Assembly: GCA_027251445.1 (NCBI GenBank)
Contig: JAPNQO010000057.1
Location: 1 to 39,521 of the forward strand
Origin: Fidelibacterota bacterium
Lineage (GTDB): Bacteria; Fidelibacterota; Marinisomatia; Marinisomatales; TCS55
Direction: 5' to 3'
DNA: 39,521 nucleotides
Numbering within the stretch: the first letter of the stretch is position 1; the number at the start of each line of letters is the position of its first letter. Under the pieces are notes generated by a model. It saw nothing but the letters and a program-made list of their open reading frames with translations. It made no database searches and was not told the origin of the DNA. The position numbers and the translations under genes were made by a program. This document shows positions 27,509-39,100 of the stretch, piece by piece.

Positions 27509-28171
27509 ATGAAAAGTTTTAAAAAACTTGGAGGTATAATTGGAGTAGTTGGTTGCTTACAGTTTCTTATCTTTTCTACTATAGCAATGTTCAATTATAC
27601 TGGAGGAACATCGTGGGATAAATCAGCAGAAGGGTACACATTTTGGCATAATGTTATGAGTGATTTAGGTAGGACTGTATCTTACTCAGGAATATCGAAT
27701 ACTTTTTCAAGTGCATTATTTAATTCCTCTCTATTTATTTTTGGAATGAGCATAGTAATAATTTATTTAAGCATGAAAAAAAGGCTATCGCTTTCTGATA
27801 ACTTTATTACTTTTATTATGATTTTTGGAATTATTTCTGGCTTAGGTATTATAGGCGTTTCCTTAACTCCTGATGATATTTTATCCGATGAACATATAAT
27901 TGCTGTTTGGATATGGATATTAAATTTAACGACAGCATTAATTCTTATAATCTTGTCAAAGATATTTAATTATGATTATGACACCATATTATATTTATCA
28001 TTTATTTTACTTTTTGCAGTTTGTATACATATTGGTCAAGGACTTTTAGGAATATGGTCTCCAATAGTAGCCACAACACAAAAGATTGTCGTTTATTTAA
28101 ATGTTTCTTGGTACTTATTAATTAGTAAGAAAATAATTGATAATGAATTTGTTGGAGAATTAAAGAATTAA
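27509..28171 (+). CDS. Polytopic membrane protein (DUF998/Frag1-like)
   Basis: About six TM segments; YTGG...Y.FW.N..SDLG, SALFN, conserved His, TQK. Confidence 0.65.
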   Translation: MKSFKKLGGIIGVVGCLQFLIFSTIAMFNYTGGTSWDKSAEGYTFWHNVMSDLGRTVSYSGISNTFSSALFNSSLFIFGMSIVIIYLSMKKRLSLSDNFITFIMIFGIISGLGIIGVSLTPDDILSDEHIIAVWIWILNLTTALILIILSKIFNYDYDTILYLSFILLFAVCIHIGQGLLGIWSPIVATTQKIVVYLNVSWYLLISKKIIDNEFVGELKN

Positions 28172-28181
28172 TTCTTTGCGA

Positions 28182-30452
28182 TTATTTTACAATCGCCAAT
28201 GTTCCTTTTTGAATTTCTCCAATACTTAATGGATCTAATGATTCAACAACCCAAAAATAGATCCCGCTAACTATTCTACCTGACAATGAGATAGTTTCTT
28301 GACGCCAAGATTCTTCTGCAGAGTTCTTATTCATATGTTTTCTTTCAAATACAAGGTCTCCATTAACGCTATATATACGAATTATGCAAGCCTTAGGAAG
28401 ATTTATAAAACGTAATTTGTATGGGTCAGCTACATCAGGGTACATATGGGATGTATCATTAAAATCTAAACGATATGGATTAGGAACAACACGTATTGGA
28501 ATGCTCATATTATCAAAATATTGAGATGAAGCTTGGTACGGAGTAACTGCAATGGGGTTTTTTTGTTCAACTGAAGTCATTCCGCTTTCAAGAGATGGAA
28601 TAGGGCCAATATCATTACCATTAATATCGAACCAATGATCATGCCCCGAATCATATGTATGTACACTGTAGTAATAATTATAACCTGAGAAAGAAGTTGA
28701 ATCTATAAAGGAGTATTTTTTAGTATCGGGATTATAGTGTTTTGTAGATCCGATTGGGATATCAGTAAGAAACTCCCAAGGTCCATAGTGCCAATAGTGA
28801 GATGGCGGCCAGGACCGATAAACTCTATAGCCCCTAACATCCAATGCTTCTTCGCCTTCATAGTCAGGATCCATTGCATCTTCTACTTCATTATTCCACG
28901 TTATCTTTATTTGACCTAAACGGGTGTTTGAGAATGAAATATTTACATCGGGAGGAGGATCAGGAATATTATAATTATTATTATAGGCAAACTTAGCTTG
29001 ATTAAAATTTCTGAATAAAGATTTTTCACCTAACTTTAGCTCTTCTGATGCATTTTCTTTCATAGACCATAATATTTCATCTTCATTTAACCAATCCGCT
29101 GCTGATCCACCTACAAAAGCGATAACTAGTTTGGTTTTTTGACCAGGTTCAAATCGATAAGGTCCAAATACAAGTGCATGTGTACCTAATGAGGGTTCTT
29201 GAGGAGACTTTGTAACCTCATTTTCATTATTACCAATGATCATTTTGAACATTTCTTCATCAGTATGCATACCACTATTTGGATCTTCATAATCTAACTG
29301 TCTATTATCTCCACCTCTCCACCATTTACAATATATTGGTTGGTCTGAAATCTCAGGTTGTATGAATTCAGATCCTTCTGGTAAAAAATCTAAAACCCCC
29401 ATACCTACATACTGATATGCTAATAACTGATTTTCAGCTTGACCCTGCATTTCATCAGCATCAGTGCTTGCTGCTTCAAATTTATAAGGTTGTCCAGTAT
29501 CATCCCAGTTAGTCCCAACCCAATCATGATCGCGCTGATAGAACATGATATTATTTTTGTATAATTCACTATCGCTAGGTTCATCTGCTACAAAAGTATC
29601 TGCTTTAGTATAGAAAAAAATATCATCTTGAGTTTGCTCTTTATTATGACGCCAATCACTCCAGCTCATTCCATATTTATCAGCCCATCCATGCGCCATT
29701 GAGTTTAAACTGAACGAATTCATTAATGAAAGATATGCTGGATCCAATGTTTTCGACCCTATATTTTCAAATGTTAATTCCTGAATGATAAAATCATCAA
29801 AATTCGGATAACCCCATGCGTATGCTTTTCTAGTAACTTTAATACCCGTTTTAGTTTGCCACTGACTTATTATTATTTCCTCAGGAGAATTATTGTGCTC
29901 TGTATAGTTGTGATACCTATAATTATGTATTTCTACAGGTTCATTTCCACGTATAGTATTATGATACATGGAATAATTACTTCTTTCAAGATTATGATAA
30001 GTTGAATCACCTAATATTGATTCTGGAGAATTATTTATATTATATGGTGCAGGTTCTATATCATATGAAACATCTCTTGGGCCAGAATGGGACACTAATG
30101 TATCGCCTTCGTCATCTATTGCTAGAATCCAGACTCCTTGTCCCTTCGAGCTTTGAGGTATTGTTACACGAGGAATTTCTATAACATTTGGTTCTCCAGC
30201 AAGATACGCACTTACATCAATAAAATATTCGATGAAGTCAAGTCCTACACGAGACATATTCCCAGGATAAGTTAAACTTTCTTGAGAATGACTATCAGAC
30301 TTAGAGCGATTACCACCACCATCTAATCCATTGTTTCTAAAGCTAGACCACATTTTTCCCCTTGTAAGATTTCGTGGACTATATCCCTCTGTCATATCGG
30401 CTTGTGCAAAAATATTATTATAAAAGATTATTAAAAGAATTATATATCTCAT
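28182..30452 (-). CDS. Secreted FnIII + CTD protein, paralog B
   Basis: Signal peptide; PDPPP, GYRVYRS and YNYYYSV.TYDSG (FnIII-like); C-terminal IRVVPNPY...IRIYSVNGDLV...SGIYFWVV...KGTLAIVK; colinear with 33781-36102. Confidence 0.85.
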   Translation of the reverse strand: MRYIILLIIFYNNIFAQADMTEGYSPRNLTRGKMWSSFRNNGLDGGGNRSKSDSHSQESLTYPGNMSRVGLDFIEYFIDVSAYLAGEPNVIEIPRVTIPQSSKGQGVWILAIDDEGDTLVSHSGPRDVSYDIEPAPYNINNSPESILGDSTYHNLERSNYSMYHNTIRGNEPVEIHNYRYHNYTEHNNSPEEIIISQWQTKTGIKVTRKAYAWGYPNFDDFIIQELTFENIGSKTLDPAYLSLMNSFSLNSMAHGWADKYGMSWSDWRHNKEQTQDDIFFYTKADTFVADEPSDSELYKNNIMFYQRDHDWVGTNWDDTGQPYKFEAASTDADEMQGQAENQLLAYQYVGMGVLDFLPEGSEFIQPEISDQPIYCKWWRGGDNRQLDYEDPNSGMHTDEEMFKMIIGNNENEVTKSPQEPSLGTHALVFGPYRFEPGQKTKLVIAFVGGSAADWLNEDEILWSMKENASEELKLGEKSLFRNFNQAKFAYNNNYNIPDPPPDVNISFSNTRLGQIKITWNNEVEDAMDPDYEGEEALDVRGYRVYRSWPPSHYWHYGPWEFLTDIPIGSTKHYNPDTKKYSFIDSTSFSGYNYYYSVHTYDSGHDHWFDINGNDIGPIPSLESGMTSVEQKNPIAVTPYQASSQYFDNMSIPIRVVPNPYRLDFNDTSHMYPDVADPYKLRFINLPKACIIRIYSVNGDLVFERKHMNKNSAEESWRQETISLSGRIVSGIYFWVVESLDPLSIGEIQKGTLAIVK

Positions 30453-30454
30453 TA

Positions 30455-31804
30455 TTATATCAAAATTTCCATCAGGTTGTTAATTAGATAAACAAAATAA
30501 CTTCCATTATATGGACCAAACCAGTTCATAGTAAATGTTTCATATCCTTTTATATTATACCACTTATCATTTGTTATATATCCTATATAACCCCCATTAA
30601 AACTTGTAACCATAATATTATGATTTAATCGATTTGCATTAGTCTCAATATTATTAATAAGCTCACCTGAAAAGTCACACGGAGTTCCTGTAAGAATAAT
30701 ATCTCCAATTTTTAGTATTGATAAATAAGATTTTGATTGTTCAGTTAATGAATTAAACAGCCAGGGACGTATACGTAATTTTTGTGAAATTCGAAAATGA
30801 GGTTCTCTCAATGGTATATCAAATAGTAATGATCCCATACTATTAACAGTTTTCATTTGAATGCTATCAATATTTTCTCTGGCTAAAGAATATAATCCAG
30901 ATGATAGGTTAGCTATTTTTTCATAACTATCTGACCCATTAACATTTGGAGAATGGCTACCAACAGCACCAGCGCAAAAAGCAGCAATTTCAATTTTATT
31001 TATATGCTCTAATGAATCAACAAGGACACCAGGATAATCTCTAGAATATTTCATTTGTCTATGAGAAAATACAGTTGCATGTGCTGCAAATGAGGTAATT
31101 AATCCAATAGAACCATCTTCTTTTTGTATCTTTATTAATCGAAACCAAGGATCAGTAGTTCCTTTATTTCCAACAAGTCTATTCCTAACAAATTGACCCG
31201 CATCATAACTGCCAAATCCAATTTTAGCATTGGATAACTCCTTTTCTGCATTTTTTATAGTTACTATTATTGAATTTGCAAGATCATCAACTATTTGTTG
31301 GTTGAATTCTCCTGCAAATTGGTACCCCAGCCAGCTATCAGCCCAGCCTCCCATAGAACAATGCGTATGTGTAGCGCTCAGATATATCTTAGATAAATCA
31401 TATCCTATTTCTGGAAGTAGAAATTGAAGTTTTTTTGTTACTGCTGGAGGTACAATTAATGCATCTAAAGTAATAATTGCATATTTGTTAAAGCCATCAT
31501 CAAAAACAAATCCTCTAGCCCAAACTGAATCAAGCACTTCACTAACATAAGCACCCTTGCGCGCACCATAACCACCAAGGGGTAATTTATATGAAGGAGT
31601 AATATTTGTTTTTGCCCATCCCGCTTTAAAATATTTCGCATTTTTAATCTGGACATTTGTACTAAGACTATCAATTATTTCTTCTGCAGATTTAAAATAA
31701 TGGCTTTCTTCTAACAGTGTGTTATCAGTAAATGTTATTGTACTTAAAAGTAAAGAAATAATGGTAGTTATTATAATTGAGGTCATCCTAAATATATAGT
31801 TCAT
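30455..31804 (-). CDS. Neutral/alkaline ceramidase-family amidohydrolase
   Basis: KAGWAKTNITP...LGGYGAR, ATHTHCS, RNRL, FAAHAT, GAVGSHSP, GGYIGY, GYET. Confidence 0.85.
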   Translation of the reverse strand: MNYIFRMTSIIITTIISLLLSTITFTDNTLLEESHYFKSAEEIIDSLSTNVQIKNAKYFKAGWAKTNITPSYKLPLGGYGARKGAYVSEVLDSVWARGFVFDDGFNKYAIITLDALIVPPAVTKKLQFLLPEIGYDLSKIYLSATHTHCSMGGWADSWLGYQFAGEFNQQIVDDLANSIIVTIKNAEKELSNAKIGFGSYDAGQFVRNRLVGNKGTTDPWFRLIKIQKEDGSIGLITSFAAHATVFSHRQMKYSRDYPGVLVDSLEHINKIEIAAFCAGAVGSHSPNVNGSDSYEKIANLSSGLYSLARENIDSIQMKTVNSMGSLLFDIPLREPHFRISQKLRIRPWLFNSLTEQSKSYLSILKIGDIILTGTPCDFSGELINNIETNANRLNHNIMVTSFNGGYIGYITNDKWYNIKGYETFTMNWFGPYNGSYFVYLINNLMEILI

Positions 31805-32820
31805 TGATTTTTCTTTAATCTAACACCCATCCTTTTCATTACCATTAACAGACTATCAGGATAATCAGTAATTATTCCATCAACTTTTTCCTCAATTAAA
31901 TTTTCCATAATATCTGTTCTATTTATTGTCCAGGGAATGACTATGAACCCATTATTTTGAATTTCAGAAACTGTATTGCCCAAATAATTTGGATGATTAG
32001 GCATAACTAATTTCCAATTGGGAGAAAAGATATCAATATATTTTTTCGCATGATTTAATATTGAAAGACTGGTACCTGAAGTATTGTCAAAATGAATATC
32101 ATTTAACCATGGGGAAGGGGTGAAGTCATTTATTGATTGAACTGTTGAGTAATCAAGTAGTCCAGCAGTCATAATTCTTGAATCAATTGATTTGACAGTT
32201 TCTAGTATTTCCCAATCAAATGATTGAATATTAACATTGTCTGTAGAATTATAACTTTTAATAACTTTAATTACTTCGTTAACAAATATATTAATTGGTG
32301 CCGTTAATTGATTTTCTGGATTGAATTTAATTTCAATATTTAACCAAATATTTTTTTGTGGATACTCACTTAGTAGATCAAAAACTTCATAAAGTGCAGG
32401 AATTTTTTCACTAGGAATATTTATTCTCGGTGGTTCTGGGAACCGTTCTATATCCGGATTTAATGAGCCACAATCATACTGTTTAATTTCTCTTAAATTA
32501 TAATCATACAATAGTATGTTTTCATTATTATCAATTGTATTACCATTTTCATCTAAACATAAATTTTGATTTATATAAAAATCATGATATACAATTGGAA
32601 TATGATCTTTAGTCATTACTAAGTCTAATTCAAGTGTTGAAATTCCTAATTCAATCGTTCGTCTAAAACCTTCAATAGTATTTTCAGGATATAGACCTCT
32701 AGCACCTCTATGACCTTGCGCATCTAGATAAGTAATTTCTTTGTTACATGTAATAAATAGAAAGATAGAAATAGTTAATAAATAAAGATTTACTGAATTA
32801 CTCTTGTTTATAAGAGTCAT
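31801..32820 (-). CDS. Glycerophosphodiester phosphodiesterase (GDPD) lipoprotein
   Basis: QGHRGARGLYPENT, LELDL..TKD...VYHD, NIEIK, IQSFD, PWTIN, VDGIITDYP; lipobox FITC. Confidence 0.95.
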   Translation of the reverse strand: MTLINKSNSVNLYLLTISIFLFITCNKEITYLDAQGHRGARGLYPENTIEGFRRTIELGISTLELDLVMTKDHIPIVYHDFYINQNLCLDENGNTIDNNENILLYDYNLREIKQYDCGSLNPDIERFPEPPRINIPSEKIPALYEVFDLLSEYPQKNIWLNIEIKFNPENQLTAPINIFVNEVIKVIKSYNSTDNVNIQSFDWEILETVKSIDSRIMTAGLLDYSTVQSINDFTPSPWLNDIHFDNTSGTSLSILNHAKKYIDIFSPNWKLVMPNHPNYLGNTVSEIQNNGFIVIPWTINRTDIMENLIEEKVDGIITDYPDSLLMVMKRMGVRLKKNQ

Positions 32821-32837
32821 TGATATTAAAAATATCT

Positions 32838-33776
32838 TTAAAAAGATCCGCCAATTGAAAAGCGTAGCGGTGGATCGAAGTATTCGACGAAATTTGAATA
32901 AGATACATCTACAATCACTTCTCTACTACCCAATCCCAACTTTAATCCTGCACCTAATGTCCAATCTTCTGTATCATAGTAAAATTTGTATCCACCTCTA
33001 ATAGCAATCATATCAGCTATCCACATTTCGGTTCCGAGATGATATCTATCACGATAATCTGTAGCAAATGCACTTTCTACAGATACAAGCCATTGAAATG
33101 GACTTCCTTTTGAGCCTATTAAACTCATTGCAGTGTTAATATTAAAATAGAGGGGTAGCTTAAATTTGTCAGATAAGAATTTTGCCTCAGGACCAAAATT
33201 TTTCATTATCATAGCTAATGTTAAATCTCGAAAGCCAGTTTTATAATATGTGGAAAAATCAGCAGTAACAGCTGTAGCCTTATCCGCATCAATATTTTCC
33301 TCTAAATATTGGCCTTTAAAACCAAATGATAAGTTATCTGTTAACTGAATCGCATAGGCAATAGCTAGCGCTAAATCACCAGCGTTAATCATTCTTCCAG
33401 TTCCTTCAGGATCTGCCACGGTTGTTTCTTCAAAGTCTTCAGTATCAAATTTTACTATACTTAAGCCAAGAGCACCATTACGGCCTAGAGGTGTAGCAAT
33501 AGCTCCTGAAATAATACTTGAATTAACAATCCAATCAGTATGATTAAAATTAAATACAAAATTATTCAAGTTTGTTAATCCAGCTGGATTATAAAAAATA
33601 GTAGTAACATCATCTGCAATAGCTGTGAAGGCATCTCCCATACCAGCTGCACGAGCAGATGGGCTTATTTTTAAGAAACCAAAACCTGATTTTCCGACTC
33701 TTTTAAAATCATCTTGTCCGCTAGTATTATTTAATAAGAAGCAAATAATTATTAATATTTTTGATAGTTTTATCAT
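32838..33776 (-). CDS. PorV/PorQ-family (FadL-like) outer-membrane beta-barrel
   Basis: FLKISPSARAAGMGDAF.A..DD...FYNPAGL N-terminal signature; alternating beta-strands; C-terminal Phe. Confidence 0.88.
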   Translation of the reverse strand: MIKLSKILIIICFLLNNTSGQDDFKRVGKSGFGFLKISPSARAAGMGDAFTAIADDVTTIFYNPAGLTNLNNFVFNFNHTDWIVNSSIISGAIATPLGRNGALGLSIVKFDTEDFEETTVADPEGTGRMINAGDLALAIAYAIQLTDNLSFGFKGQYLEENIDADKATAVTADFSTYYKTGFRDLTLAMIMKNFGPEAKFLSDKFKLPLYFNINTAMSLIGSKGSPFQWLVSVESAFATDYRDRYHLGTEMWIADMIAIRGGYKFYYDTEDWTLGAGLKLGLGSREVIVDVSYSNFVEYFDPPLRFSIGGSF

Positions 33777-33780
33777 AATA

Positions 33781-36102
33781 TTATTTTACAACAGCTAGTG
33801 TTCCCTTTTGAATATTACCAGTACTTTCAGGGTCAAGAGATTCCACAACCCAGAAATAAATACCACTAACAACTCTTCCTGAAAATGTTATTGTACTTTG
33901 TCGCCAGGCAGATTCTGCTGATGATTCTTTTTGGTGTTCTGATTCATAAACTAAGTCACCTGAGACAGAGTAAATTCGTATCATACAATGCTTTGGTAAG
34001 TTAATAAATCTAATTTTATACGGATCTGCAACATCTGGATACATATGAAGGGGATCTTTGAAATCAAGGCGATAAGGATTTGGAACAACACGAATAGCTT
34101 CTTTCATTTGATCATAAATTTGTGCAGAAGGTTGAAATGGAGTTACTGCAATCATATTTTTTTGCTCAGGTGAAACATATCCGCTTTCTAATGATGGGAC
34201 AGGACCATGGTCAACACCAAATATATCCACCCAATTATCGTGCCCTGAGTCATATGTTCTTACATTATAATAATAATTATATCCTGCAAATGATTCAGTA
34301 TCTGTGAAAGTATATTTACCCGAAACCGCATCATAATAGTTTTCATCTTTTAAATTAATATCAGCAATTTGCTCCCAAGGGCCATAATGCCAATCAAAAG
34401 ATGGTGGCCAAGCCCTATACACCCGATAGCCTATGACATCATTAGCTTCAACCCCTGAATAATCTGGATCTGTAGCACTATCAGCCTCATCATCCCAAGA
34501 TATTACCATTTGACCTAATGAATTATTTTTGAATTTAACTTTTACATCTGGAGGAGGGTCTGGTACATCAAAACCCATATTATATGCAAATTGTGCTTGT
34601 TTGAAGTTTTTTATTATTGAATGCTCTCCATCTTTAAGTTGATCGAAAGCTCCTTCATTCTTAGACCAGGTTAATTCATCTTGATTATTCCAATCTGCTC
34701 CTGAACCAGCTGCAAATGCAATCACAATTTTACCCTTTTCCCCAGGATTTAATGTGTATGGACCAAAAGCTAAAGAATGAGTTACTAACATAGAAGAATC
34801 TGGATTATCAGTATTGTCACTGTTTGACGTTCCTATAACCATACGGTACATTTCTGCGTCTGTTTGACGTCTGTATGTGGGTTCCTCATAATCTTCTTGG
34901 TTAGAGTCTCCATTTTTCCACCATTTAAAATTATAGGGTTGTTCAAAAACTCCTGGGCTAACATAACTTTCATTTGGATCATTAATAAATGGGGGTTGAA
35001 CATCTAACGGGCCAAAACCAATATATTGGTATCCCATTAACTGTCCCTCTACTTGACCTTGGTACTCATTGTAATTCGTTAATTGGGCAAAATTAGATAC
35101 AAAAGGTTGTCCTGTATCATCATGAGAAGTACCAATCCAGTCATCATCTCTTTGATAACAAAAGACTAAATCGTTGTACTCATCAGTATACTCAGAATTA
35201 TCAGCAATATAGTTTGGAGCTTTGGTATAGTAGAACCAATCATCTTGCGCTGATTCGCGATTTACTCTCCAATCACTCCAACTCATACCATTACCTCTTG
35301 CCCATTGATGACCACCACTTGATACGCTGAAACTGTTCATGAATGATACAAAGGTATCTGTTAATATTTTTGTCCCAGTATTTTCAAATATTATTTCTTG
35401 AATAATAAAATCATCAAAATCTTGGTAGCTATATGCATATGCTTTTCTTGTTACAGTTAGCCCAAGCTTATTTTCCCACTGAGCAAGTATTATTTCTTCA
35501 GGATAATTATCATCAATTATATAGTCTCCATGACGGTAATTATGAATTTCTATAGGTTCATTACCAGTAATATTTGTATGATATGGAGAATAATTTGAAC
35601 GTTCAATATTATCTCCAGTTGAATCTCCAAGTTCAGCTTCAATTTCACTAGCAATGGGATATCTTTTAGCAGACACATCATTGGTTACATCTCTAGGGCC
35701 AGAATAAGAAACTAAAGTATCTTCCCCATCTGCTACTCCAAGAAACCATAAACCTGTTCCCCTGGCATTTTGCGGATTACATACTCTAGAAACATCAAGA
35801 ATATTAGGTGCTTCAGATAATACTGCTTCAATATCCAACCAATACTCCATAAAGTCTTGTGCTCGGCCAGCATTACCAGGATATTCTAATGCAGTTTGAT
35901 CATGGCTTTGATATCTAGGAGTATTTCCACCTCCTTGCAAGCCATTGTTTCTAAATGTTTCCCAAAGTTTGGCCCTTGTTAATAGTCTTGGAGTATAACC
36001 GCTAACTGGATCAGCTTGAGAGAATAGATTGTTCCATGGTATCAATAACATTACAAGAAATAACAAACAATGAAACCGAACATAATTTTTTAGATTTTCC
36101 AA
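33781..36102 (-). CDS. Secreted FnIII + CTD protein, paralog A
   Basis: Signal peptide; same architecture as 28182-30452 (PDPPPD, GYRVYRAW, YNYYYNVRTYDSG, IRVVPNPY...KGTLAVVK). Confidence 0.85.
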   Translation of the reverse strand: MENLKNYVRFHCLLFLVMLLIPWNNLFSQADPVSGYTPRLLTRAKLWETFRNNGLQGGGNTPRYQSHDQTALEYPGNAGRAQDFMEYWLDIEAVLSEAPNILDVSRVCNPQNARGTGLWFLGVADGEDTLVSYSGPRDVTNDVSAKRYPIASEIEAELGDSTGDNIERSNYSPYHTNITGNEPIEIHNYRHGDYIIDDNYPEEIILAQWENKLGLTVTRKAYAYSYQDFDDFIIQEIIFENTGTKILTDTFVSFMNSFSVSSGGHQWARGNGMSWSDWRVNRESAQDDWFYYTKAPNYIADNSEYTDEYNDLVFCYQRDDDWIGTSHDDTGQPFVSNFAQLTNYNEYQGQVEGQLMGYQYIGFGPLDVQPPFINDPNESYVSPGVFEQPYNFKWWKNGDSNQEDYEEPTYRRQTDAEMYRMVIGTSNSDNTDNPDSSMLVTHSLAFGPYTLNPGEKGKIVIAFAAGSGADWNNQDELTWSKNEGAFDQLKDGEHSIIKNFKQAQFAYNMGFDVPDPPPDVKVKFKNNSLGQMVISWDDEADSATDPDYSGVEANDVIGYRVYRAWPPSFDWHYGPWEQIADINLKDENYYDAVSGKYTFTDTESFAGYNYYYNVRTYDSGHDNWVDIFGVDHGPVPSLESGYVSPEQKNMIAVTPFQPSAQIYDQMKEAIRVVPNPYRLDFKDPLHMYPDVADPYKIRFINLPKHCMIRIYSVSGDLVYESEHQKESSAESAWRQSTITFSGRVVSGIYFWVVESLDPESTGNIQKGTLAVVK

Positions 36103-36116
36103 GGGTCTAATTACAC

Positions 36117-39100
36117 TTAAAATGAAGTTCTAACGCCCACTTGAATTTCTCTTGGAGATCCATGATATCGCGTATTTGCATAGAAGTCTCCGTAATCTTG
36201 GTATTGCTTGTTATCTGGTCTAGGATTTTCCATACCCCAACGTATAAACTCACCAGGTCCATATATTGAACTAAAGCTTCCATCTCCTCGAATATCACGT
36301 TGGTTAAATAAATTAGATATTTGTATATATAATGTTGCTCTAGAATTATTTTTCTGAAGTACTACTTTTTCAAAAGACATATCTGTCCTAGTAGTAAGAG
36401 GCCCATTTCGCCATTCGGAAGCACCACCAATAGGTGAATATTCAAAAGGATTTCCAGTAGACATACGATATATAATGTTTGCTGTTATATTACCAAATAA
36501 ACCCATTGGACCAAATTTATCAGGAGTTGAAATGAATAATTGAGCCTTACCATAATTTCTGATATCGGAATCAGGTTTTGGTTCTTCTTCAGTACCGCCC
36601 CAAAATTGCACATAATGTAAACCCGTATTTCCAGCTTCAATTACTTCCATACCTAGAGATCGCAAAGAATCAATAAAGGTATTTGCTTTACTAGCATATT
36701 GATTGGCAAGGAATACTGGGGCTAGAGGTCTTGGAGTCTCAGATCCATCATCATTTGTACTATACATTGTCCAAAATCTTCCATCTGCAACAAATGCTGA
36801 ATCAGGTATCCAAAATTGACTTCCTACACCAGCTTCTCCTTTTACTGCCCATTGAATATTATAAGCGATATTAAATCCGATATAATTGTTGAAACTTTTC
36901 TTTAATGATAATTCAAATCCTTGGATATCTTCATGTATTCCATTTCCAGCCATATGAGTAAATTGAAAATCAAACATTTGCTTAGCAGGGTCCCACCAGT
37001 TTAACTGAACTGTTCCAGGGCTTGAAACTTGGTTGCTGGAACTTTTATAAAATGTAGATAGAGCTAATATATAGTCAGAATAAAAATTCCAATCAAAACC
37101 TAATTCAAAGCTGATTGTTTTTTCATAGGTTAACCTGGGGTTACCAAAGAACCCTTCCTCAAGTTTATTATATAATTCAGCATCATCATTAAGATTATTA
37201 TCATTATAATCTGAATCTCTTGTACCATCATTTATCCATCTTTCTCCATACATCGTATAAAAACTTGCTAGTTGATAAATATGTCCATAGAAAAAATGAA
37301 TCATAGACCGATCAGTTATTGGATGTGCCACTCCGATTCTTGGGCTCCAGGCAGTGATAGGTTTTGTTTTTTCCAGTAATCCAAACGATTCTAAAGAGTC
37401 ATAGTTGAATCGTGTAAAGGTATCAAAAAAATAATCAGATGCAGCCATGGCTGTAGTTAGTGGATGTTTTACTGACGGGTCAAAATGATCCATTCGGATA
37501 CCTGCATTTAAAACAAGGCCTTTATACTCCATTTTATCTTGAATATACCAAGCAAACTGCTTTGGTCGGACGGGGTCTCCTGTACGATGATGATGACCAA
37601 TATAATGTAATTCACGTTTATTTAGTTCATCAGAATAATTACGAGCCCAAACACTATAGTCGATATAGTCTATTCCTGTTTTAAGAAGATTATTTTTATT
37701 GAACTGGGTAGTGAAATCAAATTTTACTTGGAAACGATTTCGCGAACCTTCATTAAATGCATAAACGTCCCTTGGTAAATTGAACCAATTATCTTCATCT
37801 TTTCTTATTTCCATCGTTGAATCAGGAGTTTCCTCAGGTGTTTGAGAATTAATACTTTTAGATATTCTTAATTCATAGAATGTTCTTTCTGATAACATAT
37901 GACTAATTGCCATATAACTCATTTGATCATTATTTATGATTTTTCCAGATGAAGAGTTTCCCATAGGGAGAAAAATATTTTTCCCATCATCTTCCATACC
38001 TTTAATACCACCAACATTTGCAGTAGAGTGAAAGCTCCAATTTTCAGAATATACCCCTCCAAACTTTATAGAAACTTTTGGATGCAGATTTAAAGATAGC
38101 TTCCATGTCCCCTCAAAATTTTCTGGTGAATAAGATAAAGGACTAATATTATTGATAGCATTTTTATTAGTACGTCCCCCAAGAAAAAATGAAACACCTT
38201 TCATTAATGGCCCTGATACATTTCCTTGTAATGCATATCCAGCAAATCTTGTGTAATCAATTCTTTTATGAACAAGTTCACCTGTTCTACTATCTATTTC
38301 ATTTACCCATTCTGGATTATCCCATTGCATTTTTCCTTGATGAATTGCAGCATCATATAAATTTGGCCCCCAATGATTTGCGCCTCCAAATTCATTAGAA
38401 TACTCAAAATTTCCATGAAATGAGTCCGTGCCTTCTTTTGTAACAATATTTATTACACCAGCCTGTGCATTTCCATATTCCGCACTAAGCCCACCAGTTA
38501 TAATAGAGATTGATTCAATATCATATTTACCTACACCAGTAAAATTATTTAAAGTAAGGCCGTCACTACTTGTCATTTTGACACCATCAACATAGTATAC
38601 AACATCTGCAGCGATAGAATTCATATCTCCACCACGTATCATCCCTTTACCATTCACATCCATTCCAGGTTCCAAAGATATTAAATCTGCAACAGATTTA
38701 ACCATTACGGATCGTTCAATATCATCAGAGGTTACTATATATTCACTATATGTTCTATCAACCTCAACCTTAGGTTTGTCAGCCATTACTTGAACTTCGT
38801 CCATACCAATAGCTTCTTCAGATAAAGAAAAATTTACTTCAGTTGTTCTATCGGAATTCACACTCATATCAGTTTTAGTAATACTTTTAAAACCAATCAT
38901 TTTTGCGGTTATACTATACTTCCCTGGTGGCATATTTAGAATGATATAAAAGCCATTTTCATCCGCAGCAGCACCTCTATTTGTACCTAATATCATCACA
39001 TTTGACCCAGGGAGGGGTTGACCATTTTGGTCAGTGATTGTGCCCTGAACTTTGCCTGTTATACCAGCGTAGGATATTGTAAATCCTATCACTAGTAATA

